Shown: piece by piece, positions 1 through 9,451 of the stretch | Layout of the letters: every line of letters begins with the position of its first letter | Numbering within the stretch: position 1 is the stretch's first letter | Position numbers and translations under genes: made by a program | NCBI GenBank assembly: GCA_963732385.1 | Contig: CAVSZB010000007.1 | Coordinates: 736,001 to 800,000, forward strand | Source: an uncultured bacterium | GTDB taxonomy: Bacteria; Krumholzibacteriota; Krumholzibacteriia; LZORAL124-64-63 | Length of the DNA: 64,000 nucleotides | Reading direction: 5' to 3' | Notes under the pieces: model-generated | What the model saw: the letters and a program-made list of their open reading frames with translations, nothing else | Told to the model about the DNA's origin: nothing | Database searches by the model: none

Positions 1-39
1 TCCGCAACGCGCGCCAGGCGCCCACCGGGAGTGAGAGTA

Positions 40-1047
40 ATGTCCGAATTCATGGAGATCATCGAGTGGTTCGACGAGAGCGGCGAAGGCATGGCCCACC
101 GCTTCCCCCAGGACGGATCGGGGGCCCTCAAGATGGGCGCGCAGTTGATCGTGCGCGAGAGCCAGGAAGCGGTGTTCTTCAAGGACGGACACGCTCTGGA
201 CCGCTTCGTCGCCGGTCGCTGGACCCTCAGCACCGCCAACCTGCCTCTGATCACCTCGGCCCTTTCGCTGCCGTGGGGCTTCCGTTCCCCCTTCCGGGCG
301 GAGGTCGTGTTCGTCAACCGCAAGACCTTCACCGACCTGCGTTGGGGCACCTCCGAGCCGGTCATTTTCCGCGATCGCGAACTCGGCCACGTGCGGCTGC
401 GCGCCTTCGGAAATTGCACGCTGCGGGTGGACGACAGCGTCGCGTTCGTCAATCGTCTGGTGGGCACCACCGGGCATTTTGCAACGCCGCAACTGTCCGA
501 ACTGCTGCGCGACATCATCGTCGCCCGCCTGAACGACTATCTGGGGGAAACACTCGACAGCGTGCTCTCGCTCCCGTCCATCTACGACGAGACCGCCGCC
601 GCCGTGACCGTGCGGCTGGCGCCCGACCTGGCGCGCTTCGGGCTGGTCCTCGACGGCTTCTGGATCCAGGCGATCACCCCGCCCGATGAAGTGCAGCAGA
701 TGGTCGATCGTCAGGGCGGTCTCGCCCTCGTGCATGACATGCCGGCCTACCTCCAGTATCAGATGGCGACGGCCATCGGGCGTGAGCAACCGGCCGGCGC
801 GGGCGACCAGTTGATCAACGCCGGTCTGGGGGTCGGTGTCGGCATGCTGGTGCCCGGAATGGTTCGCGAAGCGATGCACGGCGGCGCGGCCGGCGGCGCC
901 GCCGCAACGGCCACCGCCCCCGCGACCGGCGCGGCCGGCGACGCCTCAGCCGGCGGTCCGTTCTGCGCCGCCTGCGGGGGAACCCTGCCGGCGGCGGCCC
1001 GCTTCTGCCCCCTCTGCGGCCGCGCCCAGGGCGGTCCGGCGGCATGA
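40..1047 (+). CDS. SPFH/Band-7 domain protein (YdjI / 'virion core protein-like' family) with C-terminal zinc ribbon
   Basis: N-terminal 'IIEWFD...AHRFP...GAQLIVRESQEAVFFKDG...TLSTANLP' and 'RWGTSEPVIFRD...VRLRAFG' are typical of YdjI-like SPFH proteins; C-terminal FCAACG...ARFCPLCG. ATG at 40 follows GGGAGTGAG. Confidence 0.9.
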   Translation: MSEFMEIIEWFDESGEGMAHRFPQDGSGALKMGAQLIVRESQEAVFFKDGHALDRFVAGRWTLSTANLPLITSALSLPWGFRSPFRAEVVFVNRKTFTDLRWGTSEPVIFRDRELGHVRLRAFGNCTLRVDDSVAFVNRLVGTTGHFATPQLSELLRDIIVARLNDYLGETLDSVLSLPSIYDETAAAVTVRLAPDLARFGLVLDGFWIQAITPPDEVQQMVDRQGGLALVHDMPAYLQYQMATAIGREQPAGAGDQLINAGLGVGVGMLVPGMVREAMHGGAAGGAAATATAPATGAAGDASAGGPFCAACGGTLPAAARFCPLCGRAQGGPAA

Positions 1048-1856
1048 TCCCCGCCCCCCCCGGCGCCTGCCCCGCGTGCGGGGCGCCGCTGCCGGCGCCG
1101 GTGGGAGGCGCGCGCGTGCGGTGCGGCTGGTGCGGCGCCGACACGCAGCTCGGCGCTCCGCCGGCGACGCGCCGGCTGCTGCTCGCCGACGAGGGGGACC
1201 AGGCCGAAGCGGCGGCGCTTTTGGCCCAGCACCTCGCCGCCCGGTTCCGCGCCCCCGCCACCGTGCGCGGAGGCGGCTCAACCCGCTGGGCGCCATTCTG
1301 GTCGGTGGTGACAGCCGACGGCGAACTGCTCACCGGCCCCGCCACACGCGAGGAGAACGCGCTGCTGCGCCGGGTGTCCGTGCCGGCGCTGCCGGCCCGC
1401 CCGCTCGCCGACACGGAGTCCTCCCCCAACGGCGGCTGCCCGCAGGATCTCCCGCTCGACGAGTTCCTCGCCACGCTCCGCGCGCGGACGACCACCGCTC
1501 CGTTGGCGCTTGAACGAGCCTGGCTGGTCTGGGTGCCGGTGCGCTTCTGGCAGGTGCGCATCGGAACGCGCGGCACGCGCGCCGTCACCGTGGCCGACCT
1601 GACGCAGCCGGTGCTCGCCCCGCTACCGGAGACGGAGCCGCCGGCGCGCCTGCGTTGGGCGGTCCTGGCGCCGCTGGCCGCCTGGACCGCCTGTCTGGTG
1701 CTGCTCGGACGCCTGCTGCCGCTGGCGCTTCACCTGCCGGCGACGGCGCTGCTGTTCGTTCTGGCGCTCTGGGCATGGCGCGGACCGGTCTCACCGCCGG
1801 CGGGCGCGGGAATGGGCCACCGCACGGCGCCGGTCGATCGGGGGCGGCAGCCATGA
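1044..1856 (+). CDS. Zn-ribbon membrane protein (YdjG-like paralog 1)
   Basis: CPACG...CGWCG at the N-terminus, WAPFW and WVPV motifs, two C-terminal hydrophobic segments; ATGA overlap with the SPFH gene. Confidence 0.75.
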   Translation: MIPAPPGACPACGAPLPAPVGGARVRCGWCGADTQLGAPPATRRLLLADEGDQAEAAALLAQHLAARFRAPATVRGGGSTRWAPFWSVVTADGELLTGPATREENALLRRVSVPALPARPLADTESSPNGGCPQDLPLDEFLATLRARTTTAPLALERAWLVWVPVRFWQVRIGTRGTRAVTVADLTQPVLAPLPETEPPARLRWAVLAPLAAWTACLVLLGRLLPLALHLPATALLFVLALWAWRGPVSPPAGAGMGHRTAPVDRGRQP

Positions 1857-2965
1857 CCCCGGCGCTGCCCGAACCGACCGGCCTGCCCACTCTGGGCTGC
1901 CCCAGTTGCGGCGGCCAGACGCGGCCCGGCCCCGGCGGGCGCTTCGACTGCGTCTACTGCGGCGGCCGCTTCCTCGCGGCGGGCGACCCCGGCGTGCCGA
2001 CGCTCACGCCACGACGCCACCTCGGCGCGGCCACCGCCTTCCACGCGGCCCGGACCTGGCTGCGCGAACAGGAGATCCTGGCCGACCAGCCGCCGCGTCC
2101 CGGGGCGATCAACCTGTTGTTCGTGCCGTACTGGCGATACGCGGCCCTGCTGAGCGGCTGGGCGCTGACCCGTCCGGCGCGCGAGAAGAGGGTCGCGGCA
2201 GCCCACGACCACGTCAACAGCACCTCCCGAGGCAATGGCGATGCCGCGCCACTGGCCGCCCTGCTCGGGCGCGCCGGACGCCGCGAAGAGGAGGCTCGTC
2301 TGGCGGCCTTTCTGGCCACGCCCCGCGCCATCGCGGCCGTCGCCGCGGAGACGACCGCGGCGACGCACCCGGAGCCGTACACGAGCGCCCTGCTCAAGCC
2401 GGTCGCCTGGAGCGGTCCCGCCTGCGACGTGCGGGAGTTCGGTCTGGTCGGCGTGCACCAACTGGTGGACGAAGCGCAGCTGGTGCCGTTCGATTTCGCG
2501 GCGGCGGAGCGGACCGGCGCGGTCTGCCAGGTGCATGGCAACATCGCCGCCGTCCGGAGACAGGCGGAGAGGGCGGTGCTCAACCAGCTGGTCGGCAGCC
2601 ACCGCGTGCTGCGCCGCCGCGCCAGCTTCGTGCGGGAACAGGTGGCGCTGATCTACTACCCGTTGCACATCTTCAAGTACGCGGCGCACGGCCTGCGCTG
2701 CCGGCTCGTGCTCGACGGCGTGCGCGGTCACGTGCTGGCCGGGACGCGCCCGGCGGCCACCGGCGACGGCGCCTGGCGACTGCTCGGCGGCCTGTCGCTC
2801 TGGAGTTGTCTCTGGGCGGCCAGCCCGACCGGGGGGCTCGGCAGCCTGCCGCTGCTCTGGATGCTCGATGCCCGCGCGCGCGCCACTGTCGCCTCGCCCC
2901 GCGCGCTGGCGTTGCGCGCGCAGGAGACCCTGGCGCCCCCGCGCCGGATCGTGGAGTCGTTCTGA
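1853..2965 (+). CDS. Zn-ribbon membrane protein (YdjG-like paralog 2)
   Basis: Start reassigned to ATG 1853 (ATGA overlap with the upstream stop). CPSCGG...CVYCG, LFVPYWRY, 'LIYYPLHIFKY...VLDGVRGHVLAGTRP', hydrophobic C-terminus. Confidence 0.8.
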   Translation: MTPALPEPTGLPTLGCPSCGGQTRPGPGGRFDCVYCGGRFLAAGDPGVPTLTPRRHLGAATAFHAARTWLREQEILADQPPRPGAINLLFVPYWRYAALLSGWALTRPAREKRVAAAHDHVNSTSRGNGDAAPLAALLGRAGRREEEARLAAFLATPRAIAAVAAETTAATHPEPYTSALLKPVAWSGPACDVREFGLVGVHQLVDEAQLVPFDFAAAERTGAVCQVHGNIAAVRRQAERAVLNQLVGSHRVLRRRASFVREQVALIYYPLHIFKYAAHGLRCRLVLDGVRGHVLAGTRPAATGDGAWRLLGGLSLWSCLWAASPTGGLGSLPLLWMLDARARATVASPRALALRAQETLAPPRRIVESF

Positions 2966-2980
2966 CGGAAGGAACCGGCC

Positions 2981-3760
2981 GTGCCGCTCGTGCGTCTGGC
3001 ATGCTCCCACTGCGGCGGCGATCTGCCCGCCACCCCCGACGCCGTGCTGTTCGCCTGCCCCGTCTGCGGGAGAGCCAGCGCGCTGGCGAACGGCCGACTG
3101 GCCCCCGCGCCGACCGCCAGCGTGCCGATCCGGCTGCCGACCTCCATGGGCGCCACCGGGCACTACCCCTGCTGGATCTTTCCGGTCACGTGGGCCGAGA
3201 CGCCGTTCGGAGTTCCGACATCCGGCGGAGCAGCCTCCTGGCGCCGGCCGGACCGGATCGTCGTGCCGTCGCTGGCGCCCGAGACTGGCGGCGCCTACCT
3301 GCGGCTGGCGCGCGCGCTGTCGTTGTCCGCCAGCAGCTGGTCGCCCGTGAACACACCGCTGCGTGACGCGACGGGAGGACAGATCGGCGAGGCGGAGGCG
3401 GCGCGCATGCTGGTGACCGTGGCCCTCGCCTGCGTGCCGTCGGCGTTGCGCCGGAAGCTGCTGGAAGCGGACACGCCCCCCCTGAGCGCCGGACCGGCCA
3501 CCCTCGCCTGGCTGCCGTTCGCCCACGCCGGCGGACGCCTGCTCGACCTCGTCGCGGGAATCGAAGTGACCGACCGTCTGCTGGGCGCGACGCCGCCGGT
3601 GACTGCGAACGCCCCTGCTTCACACTCCGCGCCACCCGCCCGCGACACGCGCGTCCCCTCCCCCGGCACCAACGCGACGGCGCCGGTCTCCAGGGGGAAA
3701 ACCGGCGCCGCCACGGCGCCGCGCGAGTTGGAACCGGTCGGTCCCTCCCGCGCGCGGTGA
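2981..3760 (+). CDS. Zn-ribbon protein (YdjG-like paralog 3, no obvious TM segment)
   Basis: CSHCGG...CPVCG, HYPCWIF and LAWLPF motifs; AAGGAA RBS before GTG; low-complexity tail. Confidence 0.75.
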   Translation: MPLVRLACSHCGGDLPATPDAVLFACPVCGRASALANGRLAPAPTASVPIRLPTSMGATGHYPCWIFPVTWAETPFGVPTSGGAASWRRPDRIVVPSLAPETGGAYLRLARALSLSASSWSPVNTPLRDATGGQIGEAEAARMLVTVALACVPSALRRKLLEADTPPLSAGPATLAWLPFAHAGGRLLDLVAGIEVTDRLLGATPPVTANAPASHSAPPARDTRVPSPGTNATAPVSRGKTGAATAPRELEPVGPSRAR

Positions 3761-3772
3761 TGCAGCGGGCTC

Positions 3773-4603
3773 TCAGCCGCCCGCTTTACCCGCCGCGACC
3801 CACGCCGCCTGCTCCGCGGCCGTCAACCCGGCCGTGCCGGTCACGATCGTCATTTTCCTGATGTGGCAGGGCCGCACGGGACTGCTGGGCGCGCCGCACT
3901 CGGCATTGACGATCCGGTCAACGACCGGCATCCCGATCACGACCCGCCCGAAGATCGTGTACTGCTTGTCCAGGTACGCAGCATCGTCCACACAGATGAA
4001 GAACTGGCTGCCGGCGGTGTCGGGGTTGTTCGTGCGCGCCATCGACAGGGTGCCGCGCACGTGGCGGGCGGTCGGTGAAAACTCCGCCTTCAGGAAGGCC
4101 GACTCCGGCCGCAGCCAGACATAGCCCTTCTTCGCGAGCAGCTTGTCGGCGGCCGCCACCTTCTGCCGGGACGCCGCCGAGGTGTCGGCGCCCGCGCCGC
4201 GCAGCGGGCGGGCCGCATCCACCACCGCCAGATCCTCCTTCGTCAGCACGTCGGCCCAGGTCGGGCCGCCCATGCCATCGTCACCGCGCTCGGCATTGCG
4301 GGTGTTGGGATCCCCGCCCTGGATCATGAAGCCGGGAATCACCCGGTGGAAATAGCAGCCATCGTAAAAGCCCTTGCGCGCCAGGTGCGTGAAGTTGGCC
4401 ACGTGGTGCGGCGCCTGCTCCGGCTGCAGCACGAGCAGGATGCTGCCCGAATCGGTGTCGCAGCGGGCGAACAGCGGCTCGGCGGCGACGGCCGGGGCGA
4501 CCGCCGCCAGCAGGGCCAGCACGCACGCCGTCAGCGCGGCGCGCCCCGCGCGCGTCCGCAGGGCGGGGGAAGGTTCCGGCAGGGTTGGCTGAAAAACACG
4601 CAT
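3773..4603 (-). CDS. Exported cyclophilin-type peptidyl-prolyl isomerase with an internal insertion
   Basis: FYDG..FHRVIPGFMIQGGDP, HVRGTLSMAR, AGSQFFI and YTIFGRVV motifs; signal peptide ending AVAA. Confidence 0.93.
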   Translation of the reverse strand: MRVFQPTLPEPSPALRTRAGRAALTACVLALLAAVAPAVAAEPLFARCDTDSGSILLVLQPEQAPHHVANFTHLARKGFYDGCYFHRVIPGFMIQGGDPNTRNAERGDDGMGGPTWADVLTKEDLAVVDAARPLRGAGADTSAASRQKVAAADKLLAKKGYVWLRPESAFLKAEFSPTARHVRGTLSMARTNNPDTAGSQFFICVDDAAYLDKQYTIFGRVVIGMPVVDRIVNAECGAPSSPVRPCHIRKMTIVTGTAGLTAAEQAAWVAAGKAGG

Positions 4604-4767
4604 GATCTTCCTCCGATTTGACTCGTGAACGCGGCGGCCCCGCCGCCGACCCTGCGCATGCTAGCCGCGACGCGCGCCGCCCGCAAGCGCCGGCCGTCTC
4701 CGCGCGTTGACTCGGCTAGAAAAGGACTTCTTTCGTCGTCGCTCCCGCGGCGCCCGCCGCTCGACCC

Positions 4768-4796
4768 TTGCCCGCGCGACCGGCAAAACGCATACT
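4768..4796 (+). promoter_or_regulatory. Putative sigma70 promoter of the desulfurase gene
   Basis: TTGCCC-17 nt-CATACT, about 50 nt before ATG 4846. Confidence 0.45.
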
Positions 4797-4845
4797 GAGC
4801 GCGAGCGGAAACTCGACTGTCACACCGGCCGCGCAAGGAGACGTG

Positions 4846-6030
4846 ATGCCCGAGATCCACTACCTCGACAATGCCGCCACGGTCTTCCCCAAGCCGGACA
4901 GCGTCTGCGAAGCGATGACCTCCTTCTACCGCCGGCTCGGCGTGAACCCCGGGCGTTCCGGCTACGATCTGGCCGTCGAGGCGGGGCTCGTCGTCGATGC
5001 CGCACGGCGCGCGCTCGACGGATTCTTCCACAATCCGGCGCGCGACCACAACCGCCTGATCTTCGCGGCCAACGCCTCGGACGCGCTCAACATCCTCATC
5101 CAGGGACTCGTGCGGCCCGGCGACCACGTCGTTTCCACGCGGCTCGAGCACAATTCCGTGCTGCGCCCCCTGTACGTGCTGGAAGACGACGGCGTCATCA
5201 CCCACGATCTCGTGCCGTTCGACGGCAACGGCTTCGTCGACCCCGACGAGATCGCGCGGCACATCCGCACCGAGACCCGTCTCGTGATCGTCAACCACGG
5301 TTCGAACGTGCTCGGCACGGTGCAGCCGGTGGCCGAGATCGGGCGGATCTGCCGCGAACGCGGCGTGCTGTTCGCGATCGACTCCGCCCAGACGGCCGGC
5401 CTCGTGCCGATCGACATGGAGTCGATGCAGATCGACGTGGTGGCGTTCACCGGGCACAAGTCGCTGCTCGGACCGACCGGCATCGGCGGCCTCGCCGTCG
5501 GCCCGGACGTGCCGATCCGCAGCACGCGCTGGGGCGGCACCGGCGTCAGGTCGGCGGTGCGCCGCCACCTCGACGAGTTCCCCTACCGCTGCGAGGTCGG
5601 CACCCTCAACACGATCGGCATCGCCGGACTGCTGGCGGGACACGACTGGCTGGCCGAGCGCGGCCTCGCGACGATCCGCACGCATGAGATGGAACTGACG
5701 CGCCTGCTGGCCGAGGGGTTGCTCGCGCTCGACGGGGTGCGCGTCTACTGCGCCGGGTGGGACGAGCGGCACCTGCCGGTCGTGCTCTGCAACATCGACA
5801 ATCTGGAAGCGGGCGAGGCCGGCACGATCCTCGACGTGCAGTACGACATCGCGGTGCGCTCCGGCCTGCACTGCGCCCCGCTGGCGCATGAGGGGATCGG
5901 CACGGCGCCGCTGGGGGCCGTGCGTTTCAGCGTCGGTCCGTTCAATGTCCGCGCGGACATCGACGCTGCGCTCGCGGCGATGCGGGAAATCACGGTCACT
6001 TTCGCGGCGAAAGGCCGGCGCAAGGCGTAA
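4846..6030 (+). CDS. Class V PLP aminotransferase / cysteine desulfurase family protein
   Basis: YLDNAAT, LEHNSVLRP, NHGSNVLG, DSAQTAG, GHKSLLGPTGIG (PLP lysine), VRSGLHCAP; AAGGAG RBS. Confidence 0.92.
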   Translation: MPEIHYLDNAATVFPKPDSVCEAMTSFYRRLGVNPGRSGYDLAVEAGLVVDAARRALDGFFHNPARDHNRLIFAANASDALNILIQGLVRPGDHVVSTRLEHNSVLRPLYVLEDDGVITHDLVPFDGNGFVDPDEIARHIRTETRLVIVNHGSNVLGTVQPVAEIGRICRERGVLFAIDSAQTAGLVPIDMESMQIDVVAFTGHKSLLGPTGIGGLAVGPDVPIRSTRWGGTGVRSAVRRHLDEFPYRCEVGTLNTIGIAGLLAGHDWLAERGLATIRTHEMELTRLLAEGLLALDGVRVYCAGWDERHLPVVLCNIDNLEAGEAGTILDVQYDIAVRSGLHCAPLAHEGIGTAPLGAVRFSVGPFNVRADIDAALAAMREITVTFAAKGRRKA

Positions 6031-6058
6031 CCGGCGCCCCGCGCACCGGCGCGCGGCG

Positions 6059-6093
6059 AAAAAACGCGGGGCCGCCCCGGAAGGCGGCCCCGC
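6059..6093 (-). terminator. Rho-independent terminator between convergent genes
   Basis: Perfect 11-bp stem GCGGGGCCGCC/GGCGGCCCCGC (6066-6093) followed on the minus strand by GTTTTTT; may also act on the plus strand. Confidence 0.75.
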
Positions 6094-6118
6094 TTCGCTT
6101 TGCCCGCAGCAGCGTGCG

Positions 6119-6769
6119 CTACCGGTTCGGCTTGTGCATGACGATCTGCACGAAGCGGTTGTTGGCGCGCCCGGCGTCGGTGTCGTTGCTGTCCACCGGC
6201 CGATACGGGCCATAGCTGACCGCGGCGAAACGCTTCGGGTCGAGCTTGAGCACTTCGGTCAGGTGGCGCACCACGGAGCAGGCGCGGTAGGAACCGAGTT
6301 CCCAGTTGCTCCCCCAACGCTCGAGGTAGTCGTTCTTGATCAGCTTGGTGTCGGTATATCCCTCGACGTAGACGTCCCAATCGGCATGCTGACCGATGGC
6401 GCCGGCGATGGCCTCCAGGGTCGGCTTCATCTCGCTGCGGATCTTGTCGGAGCCGGACTTGAACACCAGCCGGTCGGGCAGGCGGATCATCACGGTCTCG
6501 TTCATCTGCTCGACCAGGACCGCCTTGTCAGCCTCGCACTTCTTCAGGCCGGCCCGGACCTCGTCGGCCAGCCTCTGGCAGTCGCTGACCGCGGTTTCCC
6601 GGCTGCTCAACTGGGTCTGCAGGTCGGCCACCTGGGCGTCGAGTTCGAGGACGCGCGCCTTGAACTCCTTGCAGGAACTGCAGCCCGCGAGCCCGGTCAC
6701 CGCGAACACAAGCGCGCAGATGGCACCGGCTCTGCCGACCGCGAGGAGGGTACGTTTCGAATCGTTCAT
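6119..6769 (-). CDS. OmpA/MotB-family peptidoglycan-binding lipoprotein with coiled coil
   Basis: Start reassigned to ATG 6769 (AGGAGAGG RBS). Lipobox GLAG-C, coiled coil, then 'LVFKSGS...VEGYTD...NWELGSYRA...YGPYRPV..NDTDAGRANNRFVQI'. Confidence 0.88.
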   Translation of the reverse strand: MNDSKRTLLAVGRAGAICALVFAVTGLAGCSSCKEFKARVLELDAQVADLQTQLSSRETAVSDCQRLADEVRAGLKKCEADKAVLVEQMNETVMIRLPDRLVFKSGSDKIRSEMKPTLEAIAGAIGQHADWDVYVEGYTDTKLIKNDYLERWGSNWELGSYRACSVVRHLTEVLKLDPKRFAAVSYGPYRPVDSNDTDAGRANNRFVQIVMHKPNR

Positions 6770-6972
6770 GATCCTCTCCTTTTCACCCCTGGCGCCAGCA
6801 CCAGGGCCACCAATGGCTCCAGCCGCCGCCATGCTTTGATACCTGTCTTCGCATTCATATCGGCACCGGCGACCCGGACTGAAGCGGGTCTCCGGAGCGG
6901 GGGAAATGCAAAAATAGCGGAACGGCCCGGGCTGGCAAGACATATTCATCGCAACACGACAACAGTAATCCC

Positions 6973-7635
6973 TTATGCCAGATAGCGCGCCAGCACTTCG
7001 TCCGGTCCGATCACGTCGATGCGGTCGCCGGCGTGCAGCCGGATGTCCCCGTGCGGCACCGGCACCAGCTCCGGTTCGTGCGCGCCGGTCCGCGCCCGCA
7101 CGACCTGCACGAGATTGAGCTTCTCGATGCGCAGGAGCGACAGTTCCGACAGTGTCCGGCCGGCCCACTGCGGCTGGACCGCGATCCTCCGCAGGGAGAA
7201 ACCGCGCGGCAGCTCGACATAGTCGACGACCGACTCGTGCACGAGCTCCTCCGCCAGCCGGGTGCCCATCTCCTCCTCCGGCATGACGACCCGGTCGGCC
7301 CCGATGCTCAACAGCACCTGTCTCCGCAGCGGGTTGAGCGCCTTGACGACGATCAGCGGCACCCCCATCTGCTTGACCTGCACCGTCACCAGCACCGTGG
7401 CCTCGAAATTGGTGCCGATGGCCACGACGACGGCGTCCATGTTCGGCACGTCGTAGGCGAGCAGGTTCTCGCGGATGCTCGAATCGAAAGCCACCGCCAC
7501 CGTCACCTCGTCCTGGATCCCCTCCACCAGGCGCAGGTCGCGGTCCACGGCGAGCACTTCGATTCCCTCCTTGTAGAGACGCCGCGCCACGCTCGCGCCG
7601 AACTGGCCGAGGCCGAAAACCGCCACTCTTCGCAT
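6973..7635 (-). CDS. ktrA: TrkA/KtrA-family potassium uptake regulatory subunit
   Basis: VFGLGQFG Rossmann (RCK_N) motif, 'IGADRVVMPEEEMG', C-terminal RCK_C domain. Confidence 0.9.
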   Translation of the reverse strand: MRRVAVFGLGQFGASVARRLYKEGIEVLAVDRDLRLVEGIQDEVTVAVAFDSSIRENLLAYDVPNMDAVVVAIGTNFEATVLVTVQVKQMGVPLIVVKALNPLRRQVLLSIGADRVVMPEEEMGTRLAEELVHESVVDYVELPRGFSLRRIAVQPQWAGRTLSELSLLRIEKLNLVQVVRARTGAHEPELVPVPHGDIRLHAGDRIDVIGPDEVLARYLA

Positions 7636-7684
7636 GGATGCGCTCCTTTTCGCGCGTCGCCGCGGCCCCGGCCGCGGCCGCGAC

Positions 7685-9448
7685 TCAACCGATCATGATG
7701 CGCGAGGCCGGCAGCCGCACGCCTCGCTCGCGCGTCGGGCGGACGATGCCATAGGCCACCGCCAGCGGTCCGACGCGTCCGAAGAACATGACCATGATGA
7801 TGATCAGCTTCCCCGCGTCTGTCAGTCCCGGCGTCAGTCCGAGCGACAGCCCCACGGTCCCCAGCGCGGAATACACTTCGTACGCCGAAGCCAGCGCCGG
7901 CCGGCCGTCGGTCAGCAACAGCAGGAACGTGCCGACGGTCCCCGCGAACAGGTTGGCCAGGAAGACGAACGTGGCCTGCCGCCCGACCTGCTGGCTGATC
8001 TCCCGGTCATGCAGTCGCGCCTGCGGGTGGCCGGTGGCGATCGCGCGCAGGTTCGCCCAGATCACGGCCAGCGTCGTCACCTTGATGCCGCCGCCGGTCG
8101 AGGCGGACGAGGCGCCGATGAACATCAGGACGATGTGCAGCAGAATCGACGCCTCGGACAGCCGTGTGAGGTCGATCGTGTTGAAGCCGGCCGTGCGCGG
8201 CGTGGCGGCCTGGAAGAACGCCAGTCCCAGCTTCTCGTACAACGGCCGGCCGGCGAACGCGCCGTTCCATTCCAGCAGCGCGATCAGGAGCGTGCCCCCG
8301 GCCAGCAGCAGGCCGGTCATGCGCAGCACGACCCGGGTCTGCACCGTGAGCCGCCGCGGATGCCCGCCCGGCTGCGCCAGGGCCCGTCCCCGCCTGAACG
8401 CCAGCACGTTGGCAGCCACCGGGAAGCCGATGCCTCCGACGATCAACAGCCCCGCCACAGTCAGGTAGACGAGCGGCGAGGCGGCGAACGAACAGAGGTT
8501 GTCGGGAAACGTGCTGAATCCGGCGTTGCAAAAGGCCGACACGGAGTGGAACAGAGCCGTGAAGGCGCGGGTCGCCGGATGAGGTGTCGCCGCCTGGAAC
8601 CCGATGAAAAGCAGCCCGGCCCCGAGCAGCTCCGTGCCGATCGTGAACAGGGCGATGAACCGCATGTTGCGCCCGACCTGCTCCATGAAATCGACCTGGA
8701 AGATCTCGCGCAGCAGGCTCCCCTCCCGCAGCCCCAGGCCGCGCCCGAGCAGCAGCGCCATCGCCGCGGTCACCGACATGATGCCGAGACCGCCGAGCTG
8801 GATGAGCAGGAGGATGGTCCACTGTCCGAAGCGGGTCCACTCGGTGCCGGTGTCGCGCACCACGAGCCCCGTCACGCAGACCGCGGAGGTGCTGGTGAAC
8901 GCGGCGTCGAGGAACCGGGCCTGCCCCCCCGGCGGCGCCGCGCGCGGGAGCGTCAGCAGGCCGCCGCCGACCAGGATGGCGAGAGCGAAGGCGGTGAGGA
9001 ACAGCACCATCGGCCGCACCCGCCGACCCGCCACGCGGGCGCTCACGCGGGGCAGGCCGGCGAGCAGATTGCCGACGATGAACAGCTGCAGCAACACCAC
9101 GTACGCCTGGGCCGCGGTGCGGATCGAGAAGAAATGCAGGAACGGCGCCAGCCACTGCTCGCCGCCCGCCGTGATAACGGTCAGTTCGAACAGCAGCAGA
9201 CCGGTCAGCACCAGCAGCGGCCACCGGGTGGCGAAAAAATCGCGCCAGGGGCGGATGGTCAGCGCCGCCAGCGCGCCTTCGAGCAGGAAGCCGCCCACGG
9301 CCAGGCCGCGCAGCAGCGCCAGCCAGTCGGCCAGACGCGCCGCCTCGTAGGTGCCGTATTCGATCAGGAACCCGAGCAGACCGGCCACACCGGCCACGAC
9401 CAGCAGCCAGCGCCGCACCGCTGTCCAGGTCGCCTCCGTGCCGATCAC
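7685..9448 (-). CDS. ktrB: TrkH/KtrB-family potassium uptake membrane subunit
   Basis: Four pore motifs: SAVCVTGL, SAFCNAGF, TPRTAGFN, SALGTVGLS; also GGGIKVTT and GRVGPL. Confidence 0.92.
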   Translation of the reverse strand: MIGTEATWTAVRRWLLVVAGVAGLLGFLIEYGTYEAARLADWLALLRGLAVGGFLLEGALAALTIRPWRDFFATRWPLLVLTGLLLFELTVITAGGEQWLAPFLHFFSIRTAAQAYVVLLQLFIVGNLLAGLPRVSARVAGRRVRPMVLFLTAFALAILVGGGLLTLPRAAPPGGQARFLDAAFTSTSAVCVTGLVVRDTGTEWTRFGQWTILLLIQLGGLGIMSVTAAMALLLGRGLGLREGSLLREIFQVDFMEQVGRNMRFIALFTIGTELLGAGLLFIGFQAATPHPATRAFTALFHSVSAFCNAGFSTFPDNLCSFAASPLVYLTVAGLLIVGGIGFPVAANVLAFRRGRALAQPGGHPRRLTVQTRVVLRMTGLLLAGGTLLIALLEWNGAFAGRPLYEKLGLAFFQAATPRTAGFNTIDLTRLSEASILLHIVLMFIGASSASTGGGIKVTTLAVIWANLRAIATGHPQARLHDREISQQVGRQATFVFLANLFAGTVGTFLLLLTDGRPALASAYEVYSALGTVGLSLGLTPGLTDAGKLIIIMVMFFGRVGPLAVAYGIVRPTRERGVRLPASRIMIG

Positions 9449-9451
9449 CGC

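Noticed and set aside
4846..6030. Assigning sufS/iscS or a selenium-pathway role
   Set aside because: The family is clear, but no suf, isc or sel genes are adjacent, so a specific symbol is unsupported.
6119..6769. Flagellar stator motB call
   Set aside because: It has a lipobox rather than the MotB TM helix with the conserved Asp, and there is no motA or flagellar gene nearby.
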